DNA of 64,000 nucleotides from Podarcis pityusensis. Lineage: Eukaryota. Made by a program: the position numbers and the translations under genes. The stretch lies in the NCBI GenBank assembly GCA_964106645.2, contig OZ067051.1; one strand, written 5' to 3'. The notes under the pieces were generated by a model. It made no database searches. It saw nothing but the letters and a program-made list of their open reading frames with translations, and was not told where the DNA came from. Of this stretch, positions 38,993 through 51,863 are shown piece by piece. Each line of letters opens with the position of its first letter. Position 1 is the stretch's first letter.

Positions 38993-39813
38993 GTAAGCTC
39001 CCTGCTTTCCAATGTATACAACAGTACATTCTGTATCTTGCTTACACAAAGCTCTGGCAGAAGAGGGACAGTTCAGAAGGCTAGCAATTCTGGTTCTTCC
39101 TGCTTTATTGCCCCCTAGTGGTCCATACACTCGGGTGCTCTCTTCGCTGGAGTTGCTGTTGCTTACGTGTTGGAAGAGCATAGGCCTGGCTTGTGTCATA
39201 AATTAAATTGGCCAGTGCAGAGAGGAACAAGAATTTCGCTCAGGCAGAACAAGCAAACTAATTCTCCTTCAACTTGGAGAGGGAAACGGCAAGAGCTTTT
39301 TTCTAATGCCTGTGTTGAATACGCTGCTCCCAAAACCACTGCCCAAAATGCCCAGTGGCGGGTGGCTTGCAGAGGATCAGGTACATTGAATGAGCATGTC
39401 AGAGACCCAGGAAAACTGGGCCCCTATATACGCTGTAGGCATTGTGACAGGACTCTTTGTCATTGTTTAATCATAGCAGATTTTACCCACATTTTCATTG
39501 TGAGTGCCACATTATCACAAGAGCTAACCGTTTTAAATGTTGTGCAAGCTTGCTAGGGCAGGTGTGTTCAGCTGGTGGAGTGGTGAATGCCAAGTTGCCA
39601 GGGGTTTTCACTTACCTCTGCATCCATGGAGGTGAATGAACCCTGCACTGGACCCTGGAGGTGTGGCATAATTCAGCTGCCATGAGCCACTGAAACAAGG
39701 CCTATCAGATGGTCCTTTGCAGAGCACCTTGCAGCTTCACTGATCCCCCAGAGCTGCTGTTTTTCTGAGCACCTCAGGAGCTTGCTGAACACCCTTGTTC
39801 TCTTTCCCCACAG

Positions 39814-40044
39814 AAGATCTTCCGGACAGCCATGCTTTTCCAGTTTGTGAATGTCTTGCTTCAGGTACTGGTCCATAAATCACACGACCTCTTGCAAGAG
39901 GAAATTGGCATAGCCATCTACAACATGGCCTCCGTGGACTTTGATAGCTTCTACTCGGCCTTTCTCCCGGGGTTCTTGGCCAGCTGCGATGGTGTGGACA
40001 CCAACCAGAAAAACGTGCTTGGAAGGAACTTCAAAATGGACAGG
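39814..40044 (+). CDS. XPO6: Exportin-6 exon 23 (KIFRTAMLFQFVNVLLQVL...GRNFKMDR)
   Basis: cag/gtgag; 231 nt. Confidence 0.96.
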
Positions 40045-40859
40045 GTGAGGCTGGCTTGGAGCTTTCAGGTGGGGTTGTTCTGTACAGACAGACTGACAAC
40101 ACACACACCCGTGTCCCAAATAGAACTTCCTTGAACTATAATGTTTTATTATTGAATGAGAACATAAGAAGGACCCTGAAACTGAATCAGACCAAAGTGG
40201 TTCAGCATCTAGCTCAGCATCATCTTCTTACCATAGCCTACCTTAACAAGCCACAGTTCCCAGGGTCCTTTGGGGGAAGCCATGATTATTTAAGGTGATA
40301 GGTCCCATTTGCACTACACATTTAAAGAGGTCTCAAAGAGGAAGGGAAGCTCTCAGAGTAATGGCTGGTTCGGGACTGTGTGTCCCATCAGACTGCACCT
40401 TCTCGTGGCTTCATGCAGAGAGTTTCTCCTGCCTGAAACCCTGGAAAGCTGCTGCCAGCCAGTGCAGACAGTACTGAGCAAAATGGGTCAACAGCCTGAC
40501 TGTGGATATAAGGCAGCTTCTGGAGGGTGACATTGCTTTTGTTCCGGGGCTGCTCACTACAAAGGTTTCTATTTCCCTTAAAAACTTGGCTCTTCGTTCA
40601 TAAGACTTCATGGTGACATTTCAGGCCATCTCACACCCACACAACCTAGTTGAAATTAGCTGAATAAAATGGCCCCAGATTGTTGAAAACAGAGCCAGGA
40701 GATATTTGGAAGTGTTTGGGCAAGGTTGGTGCCATTGCATACCCTAGTGTCAACACTCCTTTGGGGCAAAGAACTGGAAGGATTGGTTAATCTTGTTGTT
40801 GTTGTCCTAACCGTTGGCTATCTCTTCTCTCCCACGTCTCCCCACCACCCCTTTTCCAG

Positions 40860-40961
40860 GACCTGCCCTCATTTACGCAGAACGTGCACAGGCTGGTCAA
40901 CGACCTGCGCTACTACAGACTCTGCAACGACAGTTTGCCCCCTGGGACCGTGAAGCTATAG
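40860..40961 (+). CDS. XPO6: Exportin-6 last coding exon (DLPSFTQNVHRLVNDLRYYRLCNDSLPPGTVKL*)
   Basis: cag acceptor; TAG stop at 40959-40961; matches the known XPO6 C-terminus. Confidence 0.97.
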   Translation, partial: DLPSFTQNVHRLVNDLRYYRLCNDSLPPGTVKL

Positions 40962-41449
40962 TTCTGGGCACCGACTCTGGTTCGAATCCCTGTCGTGAGC
41001 GGACCTGTGCTCCTCATGTTGCCGCTGCCTCCGCTCCCCGATCTCACCAGGCCGGCTGGATACAGAAGCACCTCCCCCGTGGGCCCCCGTGCCTGGGAGA
41101 GCTGCACGCTGTGCCCCCACCCTTGTCCATTCCCCTTCCAGCTCCTCCTCGCAGCTGAGCTGTGGCAGCTCTGTGTCCTACAGGGTGTCTCAAGGCCCAC
41201 CTGCAAGCCGTTCCTCTATAGCTGGATGTTTTTGTCTTAATACTGTGGCATTTGCAGATTTGCAGGTTCCGGTGACTGGTCTTGTGCATCAATCATGAGG
41301 CAGAAACGCCAAAGACTACTTCAGATGTTCCCACCTTCACATCATTCCACCTGCCTCCCTCCCCTCCTGCACCTGGCTGTTGGGGAGGGGAACATCCCAT
41401 CAACTTTTTGTTTTTAATTGCCTTGAAGCCTCCCCTGCCATCGGTGGGG

Positions 41450-41478
41450 AGACAGACGGACAGACAGACAGACAGACA
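41450..41478. repeat. (GACA)n microsatellite in the XPO6 3' UTR
   Basis: Read directly from the sequence. Confidence 0.85.
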
Positions 41479-41558
41479 GAGCTCTGTTTTCGTGGGGTTT
41501 TTTTAAAGAAAAGTTTTTTCTCATCATTCCATTGTGATACTAAAATGTGCTTAATGGA

Positions 41559-41564
41559 AATAAA
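41559..41564 (+). terminator. XPO6: Probable XPO6 polyadenylation signal AATAAA
   Basis: AATAAA about 600 nt after the stop, followed by a U/GU-rich tract (ctttgttgtttt). Confidence 0.7.
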
Positions 41565-41671
41565 AAAAGTGCTTACTTTGTTGTTTTAGACGAGCTTGAG
41601 ATCTATTTAGGTATCTCCAGGGCCTTTCGGGAAGTCTTGGGGAGGGCATAAACTCTGGGCTTCAGACCAAT

Positions 41672-42265
41672 TCATAGAACCGTAGAGCTGGAAGGGATCC
41701 CCAATGGTTATCTAGTCCAACCCCCTGCAATGCAGGTGTCTCTGCTAGAGCATACCTGACAGATGGCCGCCCAGCCCCTGCTTACAACCTCCCAAAGGAG
41801 TCCATCCCACTGCCAAACAGCTCCTACTGTTAGAAAGTTCTTCCTGATGTTGAGTCAGAATCTCCTTTCTTGCAACTTGAAGCCATTGGTTCGAGTCCTA
41901 CCCTCCAGAGCAGGAGAAAACAAGCTTGCTCCATCTTCCATGTGACAGCCCTTTGGATAGTTGAAGATGGCTATCATATCTCCTCTGTCTCCTCTTTGCT
42001 TGGCTAAACATACGCAATTCCCTCAACTGTTCCTTGGTTTCCAGATCATCTTGGTTGCCCTCCTCTACACAGCTTGTCAACGTCCTTTTTAAATTGTGGC
42101 GCCCAGAACTGGACAAGCATTCCAGGTGTGGTCTGACCAAGGCAGAACAGAGCAGGACTATTACTTCCCTTAATCTGGACCCTATACTTCTGTTGCCTAG
42201 AGTAGCATGAGCTTTTTTGCTTTTTTTTGCTGCTGCATCACCCTCTTGACTCATGTTCAGCTTGT
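41672..42265 (-). mobile_element. CR1 LINE 3' fragment
   Basis: Minus ORF contains RLREVIVLLCSALVRPHLEC; CR1-type 3' end (ggttggactagat...cccttccagctctac). Confidence 0.85.
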
Positions 42266-43294
42266 GCAGGTGGTTCTGTGCACATTCCTGAAGAGTGATT
42301 TCTATGGGTTGCTACATGACTTTCAGTGATAGTTAATGATGCTTCTATAGGGTTTTTCATATCTGCTCAGAGCCTGCTTTTCCAAGGGACTCATGATGGC
42401 ATTACATGGGCTACTTTATTATTCACAACAACCTTTTGAGGTAAGTTAGGCGAGCGACTGACCTCAGGTGGGCCCCAGTGAACTCTAGCTTTTGTGTGCA
42501 CCTTAACCTAGCACCTAGTCCCACTCCCACATTTTAATTATTGCATTATGCTGGCCCTTTAATCTTTAGAAAAACATATCAATAACTGTATGAGAGCCTG
42601 CTGTTGTGCTTCGCCGAATTGCAGGCACATGGTCTGAGCAGATTCGCTAGCAGAATGGCATGAACTTGTGGACACTTGCACTCTTGCCTGTTGACCTTGT
42701 TTTCAAGAGGGTGAACTGTGTAGAGATACCTGGAACCTCTTCAGATATCCCAGTCTTTCCTTGCCCATTGTACTTTGTGGCTTGCTGGGTCTTCATTTCA
42801 TTCAAGGTGTTTCTATACTGCTTTTGAGGCTAGCACTCCCAAAAGAGGCTTGCGTGAGAGAAGCATCAATTAAAACATTGCATTAAAACAGAAGGCGCTG
42901 TTTAGAGGAGGCTGGATCTTCTGCTTCCACCACCACCCCTGGCCAGAATGGTTCTTCAAAATCCACTATGGCGACTATCGTCAGAGGGAGGAGCCGTGGC
43001 TGGGAGCTGGATGATGACACATTACAAATTCTGCCTGCTAATTTTTCGTCTTGTTTGATTTCGGCCACAGTGACACTCCGCCTGTCCCTGGCCTGCTCCA
43101 GGGGTCAGCATCCTTGTGAAAGCATCGGTCACAATACTGTTTACCCAGAGTGAAAGTGCATGTTTTCTCTGTCCAGATCAATGGGTCAACGGTCATAGTT
43201 TTGGAAGATGCTCAAATCTTGCTGCTAAGAACAACTGGTTGTCCCATTTCCCCAGAGCATGTACTCTTCCAATGTGAAGCTTGCTTGATTTTAG

Positions 43295-43450
43295 GAACGT
43301 AGGAAGCTCTGGTTCATTGGTCCACCTAGCTCAGTAGTGCCTACACTGATGGGCATCTGCTTTCCAGGTTTTCAGATAGGTAGCCCTACCTGGAGATGCT
43401 GAGGATCTTGAAACTGGGACCTTCTGCATTCAAAGCAGATGGTCTGCAAC
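43295..43450 (-). mobile_element. Old tRNA-derived SINE (related copies at about 5790-5930 and 50640-50812)
   Basis: Shared catctagctcagta...ctacactgactggcagc...ccctacctggagatgc...tgggaccttctgc. Confidence 0.6.
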
Positions 43451-46029
43451 AATAGTCTTTCTTCCATCATGGTGCTCAGGCAGTCATCTGACTAGGAACT
43501 GACCAAACCCTAAGACTCATTTAGCTTCCAGCGCAGTTGCTACATCATATGCTTTCAAACGATAGCCATGGCCCGATAGCCTTCAAGCAGGCAAGTGCAC
43601 TGGCTTCTTTTCCATAAACTGGGAATTTCAGTGCTTGAGGCTCCTCAGAAGTGAGCAACCCCACCACAGCTCCTCTTCATGAATGCCGTTTGGATGTTTG
43701 CACATGAGGCACAAGAGTTGGCAGGTTGGTTTCCAAAAGCCATTGCAGTTCAGTTGATGCTAGCTAGGTCTTTTGGGACAGAAGGTTGTGGATTCAAATC
43801 AAAGGGTTCATGGGCGAGGTGGACTTTTAAGGAGGGATCTGAAAGGGGAGGCTGTGTTGTGGACCTTTTGGGGTGAAGAGTTCCAGGCATGAGGAGTAGC
43901 AAGGGAGTCAGGGTTGTTCCCGTGAAATGTGGTCAGATGAGTGAATATTGGTAGAGTTGGAAGAGAAAAGGTGAACTGGGTTTTTTTGGTAGGAAGGGGG
44001 GCAAAGCTCAGGAGCTTTAAAAATCAAGAGTGGTTATCTGCCTTGGACACTGAGTCCACCTGCATTTAGTTGAACCAAATGCATGTCTAGTTTGCTCTCA
44101 AAAGCTCGTAGTAGTGAAGGTTCCAATGCCCCTCTATACAACCTACTGGTGCCCTAGTGCTCATCACATGGCTCCTCCTTGGTGCCCAGTCTAAACCTGT
44201 CCATGACATTTAAAAGGTTGATGGATCCAGGTGGCACAACATCTGGAGAATCGGAGGTTAGGATTGGGAACCAGAAGAGAACTAAGCAGGACTCGTTCAG
44301 TTGTGCAGAGAGCAGGTGGGGTAAGGGAAAAACAACTCTCTGTCCTTGATGCTTCTGCCAGTATTTTTCTGGGGTCACTGTTCTGGGAGCTACGAACTTC
44401 CAGCAGGTAGAACAACACTGTTTGTCTTCTGAATTGGAACCAGTTCAGGGTTGTTGGAACAACAGGGGTGGGATGGGGACAAGTATGAAGATGGTCCTAG
44501 ACAACATAGCTCCTGCTTATGAAAAAAAGCACCTGCGATTTTAATACATGGTTGGCATCCAGATGACTTCTGAGCAAGGAATGGTAAATGAAATGCCCTC
44601 GCCCTGCCCCCCACTGGAGGTCTCCCATTGGGACCTCTAGGTTTTCCTAGGCTTAAGTCCAGCATTTGATTTCCCCTGCACAGATTCTCCATCTGGCTGG
44701 TGGCTGGAGCAGCGTCTGGCAACCCCTGCAGGGCCTCATTTGGCCCAGGGGCTGGTAGTTGCCTCTCTGTGTTTTAGGGAAGTATTTCAGCCAATTTGGT
44801 TCAAGTCCAGGGAGAAATATAGGACTGAATGTTGTGATCAGGCAGCAACTTTCACCACTTAAAGGATGGAAAGCTAATGAAGAAAGCACCTGGGAAGGCC
44901 AGTGATGCCAGCTACATAATGGTTTGTTTTGTCAAGGGAAAATAGCTTGTTCTTGGACACAACCTCAGCTTAAAGGGCAAAGTTTCTCTAAAGTCTCTAA
45001 ATTCTCCTATTTTTCCACAAGTTGCAAGTATTTGGCTGCAGCTGTACTGACAGAAGGGAGGGTGGCCCCTCTCCAAACGGGCCTCGTGTTTCCTCTTAAT
45101 CTCCTCTAATTAGATGTTCTGTATATTATCTGCAAGATCGCCAACAGCACCCATGAATCCAGCCTCCCTCCCTGTTCATCACTGGATGACGATCCACTCT
45201 CAGGATGAGGGAGACACTCCTAAAGGCAGAGGGTTTTTTTTATACATAGAAAAATCTTCACTGAAAGTAGCAATTGGCCACACAGATTTTTGAGGCCACA
45301 ACTTGCACAAAAATCAATTGGTCCTTCAAGTCCCTCATCAATGTTCAAGTGCTCCACAGGGAAAGCCTGAGAACTACTGTTCTAATACTCCAAGCATGTA
45401 CTGAAGTAGAGCAGTATATCTTAGTGTTATAAAGACCAATGTTAATTATTTGCTACAGGAACCCATCCCATAAACTAAGAACGTTTCAACTGTGTGAGAG
45501 GGCAAGTCCCATAGCCCATCGCTTCATCCCTTTAGTAACTTCTTGTTGCTGTTTGTTTTCATATCAGCCTTTGTCAACCGGGTGCCCTCTGGACTAGAAA
45601 TCCCATCAGCCACAGCCAGCGTGGGAGCTGCAGCAAGAAACACCTGCGTGGGTGCCAAATTGCTGGAGGCTGGCGTTAGAGTGCGCTTTACAAAACAGAG
45701 CATCAGTCCCTGCTGCTAGGAGCTTACAATCTAATCCTGGGGAACGGAGGGAGGGATGGGGCAGGCAAGGTGCATCCAGTTGTTTCAGTGAGGTGTGCTG
45801 GCCTCTGGGACATATTTTTATTGCCTAGGTTCGGCAGTTTAGTCGCTGGGATTTATTGGGTTGATGCGTGTTGCAGCTAATGTGGAAGTATTTTAATAAC
45901 CCCCGTTAAAGTACAGTACCCACTTAGTACTTTAGCGAGAACAAAGTACCCGATTAGTAGATGGTCAAATGGTCTGAGCCGGCTTCATAAAACAACTTCC
46001 TATTCCCCTTTTGCTGTTTCAGAAACGGC

Positions 46030-46930
46030 TGCTTTGCGCCCCCCCCCCAAACCCACCCATTCCTGCCTAGGAGCACTCAACCAGCTTTTCCTCTCCCCCC
46101 CGCCCGCCTTCCCTGATCCTTCCTTGCCGACGGAAGCAGCTACGGACGGCGCCCCGAGATCAGCAAGTGCGCCCGCCCCCGTGGTCTCTGCTGGCCTGGC
46201 CCATCAGCAACAGGCGCCCCCAGCTTCCGGAGCCGAAAGTTGCTGCAAACCCTGTTAGCAGACGAGGCGGCCGATTGAAGCGCGCCGCCCGCCCCCGGGG
46301 TGGGGCTGGGGGGCTGCGGGTCTCTTTAAGGGGGCCGCCCCCCTGTAACGTGATCCTCCTCGTTCCCACGCCTCTCCCCCCCGGGGGCCGCCTCGCTCGG
46401 CCTGGCCTGGGGGCGGACCGGCGGGTGGGGTGGGGGAGCAGCGGCCCCGCAGCCGGGCTCTCTCCCACCCCCAAGCCCTCGTCTATAAACCCGGCCGGGC
46501 CGGCCCCCTTCTGCCGGGCGAGCCGCCATGGGCTTCCTGCAGCGCTGCGTGGGCCGGAGCTGCCGCCTGTTGCTGCCGTCGGGGCAGCGGGGCGCGGGCA
46601 CCCTTGGGGCGTGGGGGGCTCTGCCTTGCGATCGCCTCCCCGGGGGGCGGCTGTACAGCGCGGGTGAGTTGCGGGGCGAAGCGCCCTCGGGGTGGGATCC
46701 CGCCTCCGCTCCTCTTCTTCCGGCGAGGGGGCTGCAGAACTCGTTCCGCGAAGCGCCTCTCCGCCCCGGGATGGGCGCGCAACTTTCGCCCTCGCCGCGT
46801 GGTGGCTCCGGCGGGCAAATCCGAGTTAGGCAAAGCCGGGCCAGGCCCTTCCACCCACCTACCCCGACTCTCTTCAGTCCGCAACCCTTCCCGTTCCCAT
46901 CGTCCCTGACCATTGGCCGATCCGGAGTCC
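46030..46930 (+). promoter_or_regulatory. NME4: CpG island / NME4 promoter with GC boxes and TATAAA (46484-46489)
   Basis: Abrupt rise in GC and CpG density; GGGGCGG near 46410; TATAAA about 40 nt before a GCCGCCATGG start context. Confidence 0.85.
46528..46663 (+). CDS. NME4: NME4 exon 1, mitochondrial presequence (MGFLQRCVGRSCRLLLP...GGRLYSA)
   Basis: Optimal Kozak ATG; Arg-rich, acid-poor peptide; G|GTGAG donor in phase with exon 2. Confidence 0.85.
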
Positions 46931-47470
46931 TGCAGGGTCCTATCTCTCCATCAGGCGTTACTCCCGGAGAAACACAGCAGGGCATTCCCTGGTTGCACAC
47001 AACTTTGAGGAGTTGGGTATTACTGGAAGGAATCATAAGACTTGTACCCCTTGGCCCTCTTTCTTTGCTTACCCACCCAAGCTAGTACTTGCTAGCTCGG
47101 CATGGGGGGCTGTTATGAAATCTGGCTTGGCATTTCCTTGGGCTGTGCAAACTAGAGGGGGGATGGTCTGTTTCAAGTGCATCCTAGTTGGTGCATCCTA
47201 GTTGGAAGGGAGCACGAGGATCATCCCGTCCAACTCCCTGCAATTCAGGAATATTCCTGAATTCTCCTGTTGGCACAGCTTGGCATCTTCTGGGGTGCAT
47301 CTACAGGTGCCTTAGGAAGAGCTGTAGCTTAAGGTGAAGTTCCCTCTGACTTGAAACGGTGAAGAGCTGGGAGTTCCAGCCCTACTTTCCAATGCCCCTG
47401 TGTTGGCAATGACTCCCAGGGTGGTGGTCAGATGCTGCTGATGTTCCCTTTTTTAGCATGCAAACTAGTA

Positions 47471-47554
47471 AAAAAAGGTAAAGGACCCCTGGACGGTTAA
47501 TTACAGTCAATGGGGTGCAGCACTCATCTCTCTTTCAGGCTGAGATGGTTTTAC
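47471..47554 (-). mobile_element. Severely 5'-truncated Sauria SINE
   Basis: SINE 3' end only; 14-bp TSD catgcaaactagta at 47457-47470 and 47555-47568. Confidence 0.85.
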
Positions 47555-48973
47555 CATGCAAACTAGTATCCACACACCAGGTGGGAAGAAAATCTAGCTT
47601 TTGGATCTCTCATCCCCAGAGAGCAGCATAACTGACCTACGTATTGGAAGAAGATAGAGCTGCTACTTTTTCTTCTCTCTGGAAAACAGAGCCCTTGAAT
47701 TACATCACACTCTCCTTTTGGAGGGGGAAGGGGGGGAGCTCCCTTTCTTCCCCCAGATTGCTACATGTTAAAGGAGCTTGGTTAGAGGTGAATGGACTCT
47801 TCTGGCCTACCGTACAGGACAGTTGTAAGGATTGCACAGTCAGTGTATGTGATTTCCCGAGAAGGAGACACTTCAGCTTGTTATAGCAAATGCCCCAGAA
47901 GAGATTCCTGGCAGTGGCGTCCTCAGAGACTAATTAGCAGATTCATTGTGACATAAAGCTTTTGTGGACTAGTCGACCCCACTGCGTCAACTGCAGCTGC
48001 TGGGATTCCAGGCACAGATTTTGCTTTAAATGTAATATCCTATCTTTAATGTATAGGAGGTGCTTGGAGCACTTAACTGCATGATATGACTGCTAAGTAT
48101 TATTCGCTTAAAAGTTGCCCATTTCCCTCCCTGCTGGCGTCTGCTGCTTCTGTGCCTTGAGGCTGCAGTCCCATCCACCTGCTTTTAGGTAGGTCCCCAG
48201 TGACTAATCAGCCTGCTTGCTTTGCAGGGCTGTCGCTCTCCTCCTGCAGAAAGCAAAGCCCTCTGGGAAAGGGGCTAGGTGGATATGCACCACTGGGCAT
48301 CAAAGCCTTTTTGCTGTATTCCCAAAATTTTGCAGGAGAGGGAGTGGAAAAGAGGGGTGAGCTTTCCACTGCCCCTCCAATAATGCTTCCTTACTCCCTT
48401 CACTTTTAGGGATCTTCAGTTTGATTTGCCAGCCATCGTGCCTACAAAGTAACCCAGCAAATACTTTAAAAAAAAACATTGTAAAACAGCAACATTAGTT
48501 TTACAGCTTGCAGTCTACTATCTGAGGGTCAGAGTAACCGTGACACATTTTGCTGCCGCCAGAGCAAAATTGGCTGCTTTCTGTGTGTTTATCACAATTT
48601 CTACCATATTCTGTTTTTTACTACTTTGGCTAAATGGAGGGGAAACTGTTGCAGAACTCATTCAGAAATAGAACAGTGTTCTAATGTATATTATCCTCAG
48701 CCGATGGCAAATTCAGCCATAGCCCTAAACAGGTGGAAATTGTAGTGAAATTTAGTGCCATCTCAAAATTAGGGCATTATGATGAATCACCTCGAGATCT
48801 GGTGCCCTGTCATCTTAAACTTAGAGCTCCAAAAGGTTTTAATTGAAGCCCAGGGAAACAATCTACAGAAAACCGGGGGGGATAGGGAGGATGAAAGAGT
48901 ACCCTGAAAGGAGGCCCGGCTGGCTGGCTCCTGCAACACTGAACAGTCTAACCACCCTTTCTTTGCCCAATAG

Positions 48974-49104
48974 GTGTCCCTGGGCTGCAGGAACGCACAC
49001 TGATCGCCGTGAAGCCAGATGGGGTGCAGAGGAGGCTGGTGGGGGATGTGATCAGACGCTTTGAAAAACGCGGATTCAAGCTTGTGGGTCTCAAATTGCT
49101 CCAG
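48974..49104 (+). CDS. NME4: NME4 exon 2 ([43 protein letters not shown])
   Basis: NDPK signature [11 protein letters not shown]; tag/gtac; 131 nt. Confidence 0.95.
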
Positions 49105-49510
49105 GTACGCTCACTGGGTGCTGAAATGGGGGGCAATCAAGGCTTGCCAAGCACTCAGGAAACATTGGGGTAGGTTGGAGCGCTCCTTCCTGTTTCTGTA
49201 GGGATCAGCGAATAAGAAGAGAGTTATCCATGACCCACAGCCTTGCTCCGGGGTGGGGTGTGGAGGGAAGTTTCAATCCCTCCCAGGGATCTAAATGTTA
49301 ATGTTGTCATCAGCCACCTTCAACAAGGTAGAAGACACGGACAGGTAGCCCTTCCTCAAGGTGCTCCTCTGGGGCAAGGGGTTCACGAACCCACAAAAGC
49401 CCCCATCCCTTGGACCCAAAGACAATCTACCCATGCCAACACGTGCCTCGGCGTCTCGTAAGCAGTAGGCTCTGCCCATATGAACGTCAAATGCCCCTTT
49501 GTTTTGGCAG

Positions 49511-49612
49511 GCCAATGAAGGCATCCTGGCAGAACACTACCACGAACTGCGCCGAAAGCCGTTTTATCACGAGCTGATCAAGTACATGACCTCTGGGCCT
49601 GTGGTTGCCATG
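49511..49612 (+). CDS. NME4: NME4 exon 3 ([34 protein letters not shown])
   Basis: cag/gtaag; 102 nt; RRK motif characteristic of NME4. Confidence 0.95.
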
Positions 49613-50511
49613 GTAAGACAGTCTCTCTTCCCCATCCCCTCTCACCAATACCCAGAGGCCCATCTAGTCCATCATCTCTTCTCACGTCAGCCAACCAGAA
49701 ACCCCAATGGGAAGCAGACAAATGGGACCTCTGGGTGCAACAGCAGTTTCCCCTCTGGTGATGCACAGTAAATGGCCTTCGTAGGCATTCTGCCTCTGAT
49801 AGAGGAAGGAGAACATTTAGCCATTGTGCAGGGGCAGATCTAAACTAATGAAGCTTAAACTCTCGGGCCCTAATCCCAGAGGGGTCCCAGAAGCGACTTT
49901 AGTCCATGTTGCTTACAACATTTTATATCGCACCAGTGACACTGTACAGCAGTTTCAATTGAAATCTGAGATGTAATAGTTAATTGCTTTTCATGTTGTG
50001 ATCCGTCATGGAATAGCCCCATCAAAGAAGATAACGGGTTACCCAGACCTCGTTGCAGGTTGCACAGGGGCCCCCGTGACAATTCAATCTCCAGACCCCA
50101 GAAATGTAGGTCCACCACTATTATTGTGGGATGCAAATGCAAATCTGGGTACTGCTTTGAGGATGCTCTTGTATCTTGGATATGGGAAGAACCGTTTTGC
50201 ATAGGTATTAGGCATAAGGGTGAAGGGAACCTCCTGTGTGCTTCAACAGAGGATTCCGCCCCCCGCTGCAAATTGCCAGGTTGGGCCCCGTGGTGCAAAC
50301 CAAGCCCATAGCCAGCTGCAATGCATTAAATCCCCTCTGCCCCACCCTTCTAAACACCCCTTCTGTATCAGGCACTCTGTGATGTTGCTTGGGGGAGCAC
50401 CTCTGTACTTCATGAAAGGCACTGATAGAGACATATTGCCTTGTTTAGCTGTTAGCAGGAATGTCAGAACCAATGGCCTTTGCCCTTTTTTCCTATGGTG
50501 TCCTGTTTCAG

Positions 50512-50624
50512 GTCTGGGAAGGCTACAACGTTGTCAAAACCTCCAGGGCTATGGTGGGCGAGACAAATCCTGTGGAAGCCAAGGCAGGCACCGTCCGGGG
50601 AGACTTCAGCGTCCACGTCAGCAG
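50512..50624 (+). CDS. NME4: NME4 exon 4 ([37 protein letters not shown])
   Basis: cag/gtagg; 113 nt; GDFSVH is NME4-like. Confidence 0.95.
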
Positions 50625-51863
50625 GTAGGAGTGGGACCAAAATAGCAGGAAATGCAGGCAGTTGTTCTGCACAGAGTCCATCTAGCTCCGTATTGTTTGC
50701 ACGGACTGGCAGTGGCTGTCCAGGTTTTTCGGGCAGGAAGTCCCTCTCAGCTCTTGCTGGAGATGGGATCTGGGATGTTCTACCTGCGAGGCAGGTGCTC
50801 TGGCACTGAGCTCTGACCAGGCCGGTCTTGACTTGCTGGTGCTTCTAGGTTCAAACTTTGACACGAGTCTCTGGCCTGGTTACCCATGGAAAATGCAAAA
50901 CGCTGACTCTTTTGGTTAAGTCCCATTTCCTGGTCTGGTGAATCATTCGTTTAAGTACGCTGCAGAATAGTTCCTCCTGCCATTATGTAGTTACCTGAGA
51001 GGGTCAGTATGGAAAATGAGCTTTCTGGGTCAAACAAAACCAGTGTTCAACAGTGCCATGTATGAATAATAGGGGAAGGGTGTTTATATGAACCAATCAA
51101 GATGTTGAAATGTCAGTATGAGTTCCGACACTTTGTGTTGTATGATCTTTCTTTGCTTTCTCATTTTTCCATTCTATTGTAAATTCCATTTCACTTTTCC
51201 ATGTGTGTGCTTAAAAATCCTCTTCCCTTAGTTTGTGATCTGTATTTATTACTGCCTACATTTACAGTGGAATAAAATGGCCGAATGGCCTATGCTAGCT
51301 GGAACTACAGATTTGGGGCGGGGGGGGGGGTGTTGTGGGAATCAAGTTTTAATTGGGCGTTTTTAAAAATGTCCTTGCTAATAGAAATCTTGCAGAGCAA
51401 GAGTAGACTGGGCTGAACCTTCGTTCCCCGATGTGTTCGTTCTTTCCTTGTTTTTGTTTGAGTGAGCGTTCTAAAAGTCCTCCTTCATGCCTAAAACAGG
51501 TATTAGATACTAGATTGCCCCCTGGGAAGTTCCTTTTGCCTCTGGAGGTTCTGCAGGGAAACTCTTGTTCCATCATTTTACTGCATTGTAGTGGCTTCTT
51601 GACTCAGCCCCAGGTAAGGATAGCTCGAGATACTGCCATAGGGCAGCCACACTGTAGGCAGACCCAGCTGTTCCTCCTCGGGAATTCTGTAGCAATTCAG
51701 GAAAGAGTTCTTGGTCCCCTCATCCATCTACAACTTATTTGGGGGAAGTAGGTTGTGACAGTTAAAAGGGATATAAAATTGGGTGGGTTGTTTTTGTAGC
51801 TGTAGGATAGATAGGACCTTAACCTACGATATGCCCTCATTGTGAGGTTTCCCCTGTAAACAG

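Noticed and set aside
42883-43068. Minus ORF with PFWPGVV, reminiscent of a PWWP motif
   Set aside because: A short chance match; no flanking domain similarity or supporting exon structure.
43480-43530. 5S rRNA-derived SINE head on the minus strand
   Set aside because: Similarity too weak to support by eye.
46034-47085. Several long overlapping ORFs (up to 236 aa) on both strands
   Set aside because: Explained by stop-codon scarcity in the CpG island; only 46528-46663 splices into a recognisable protein.
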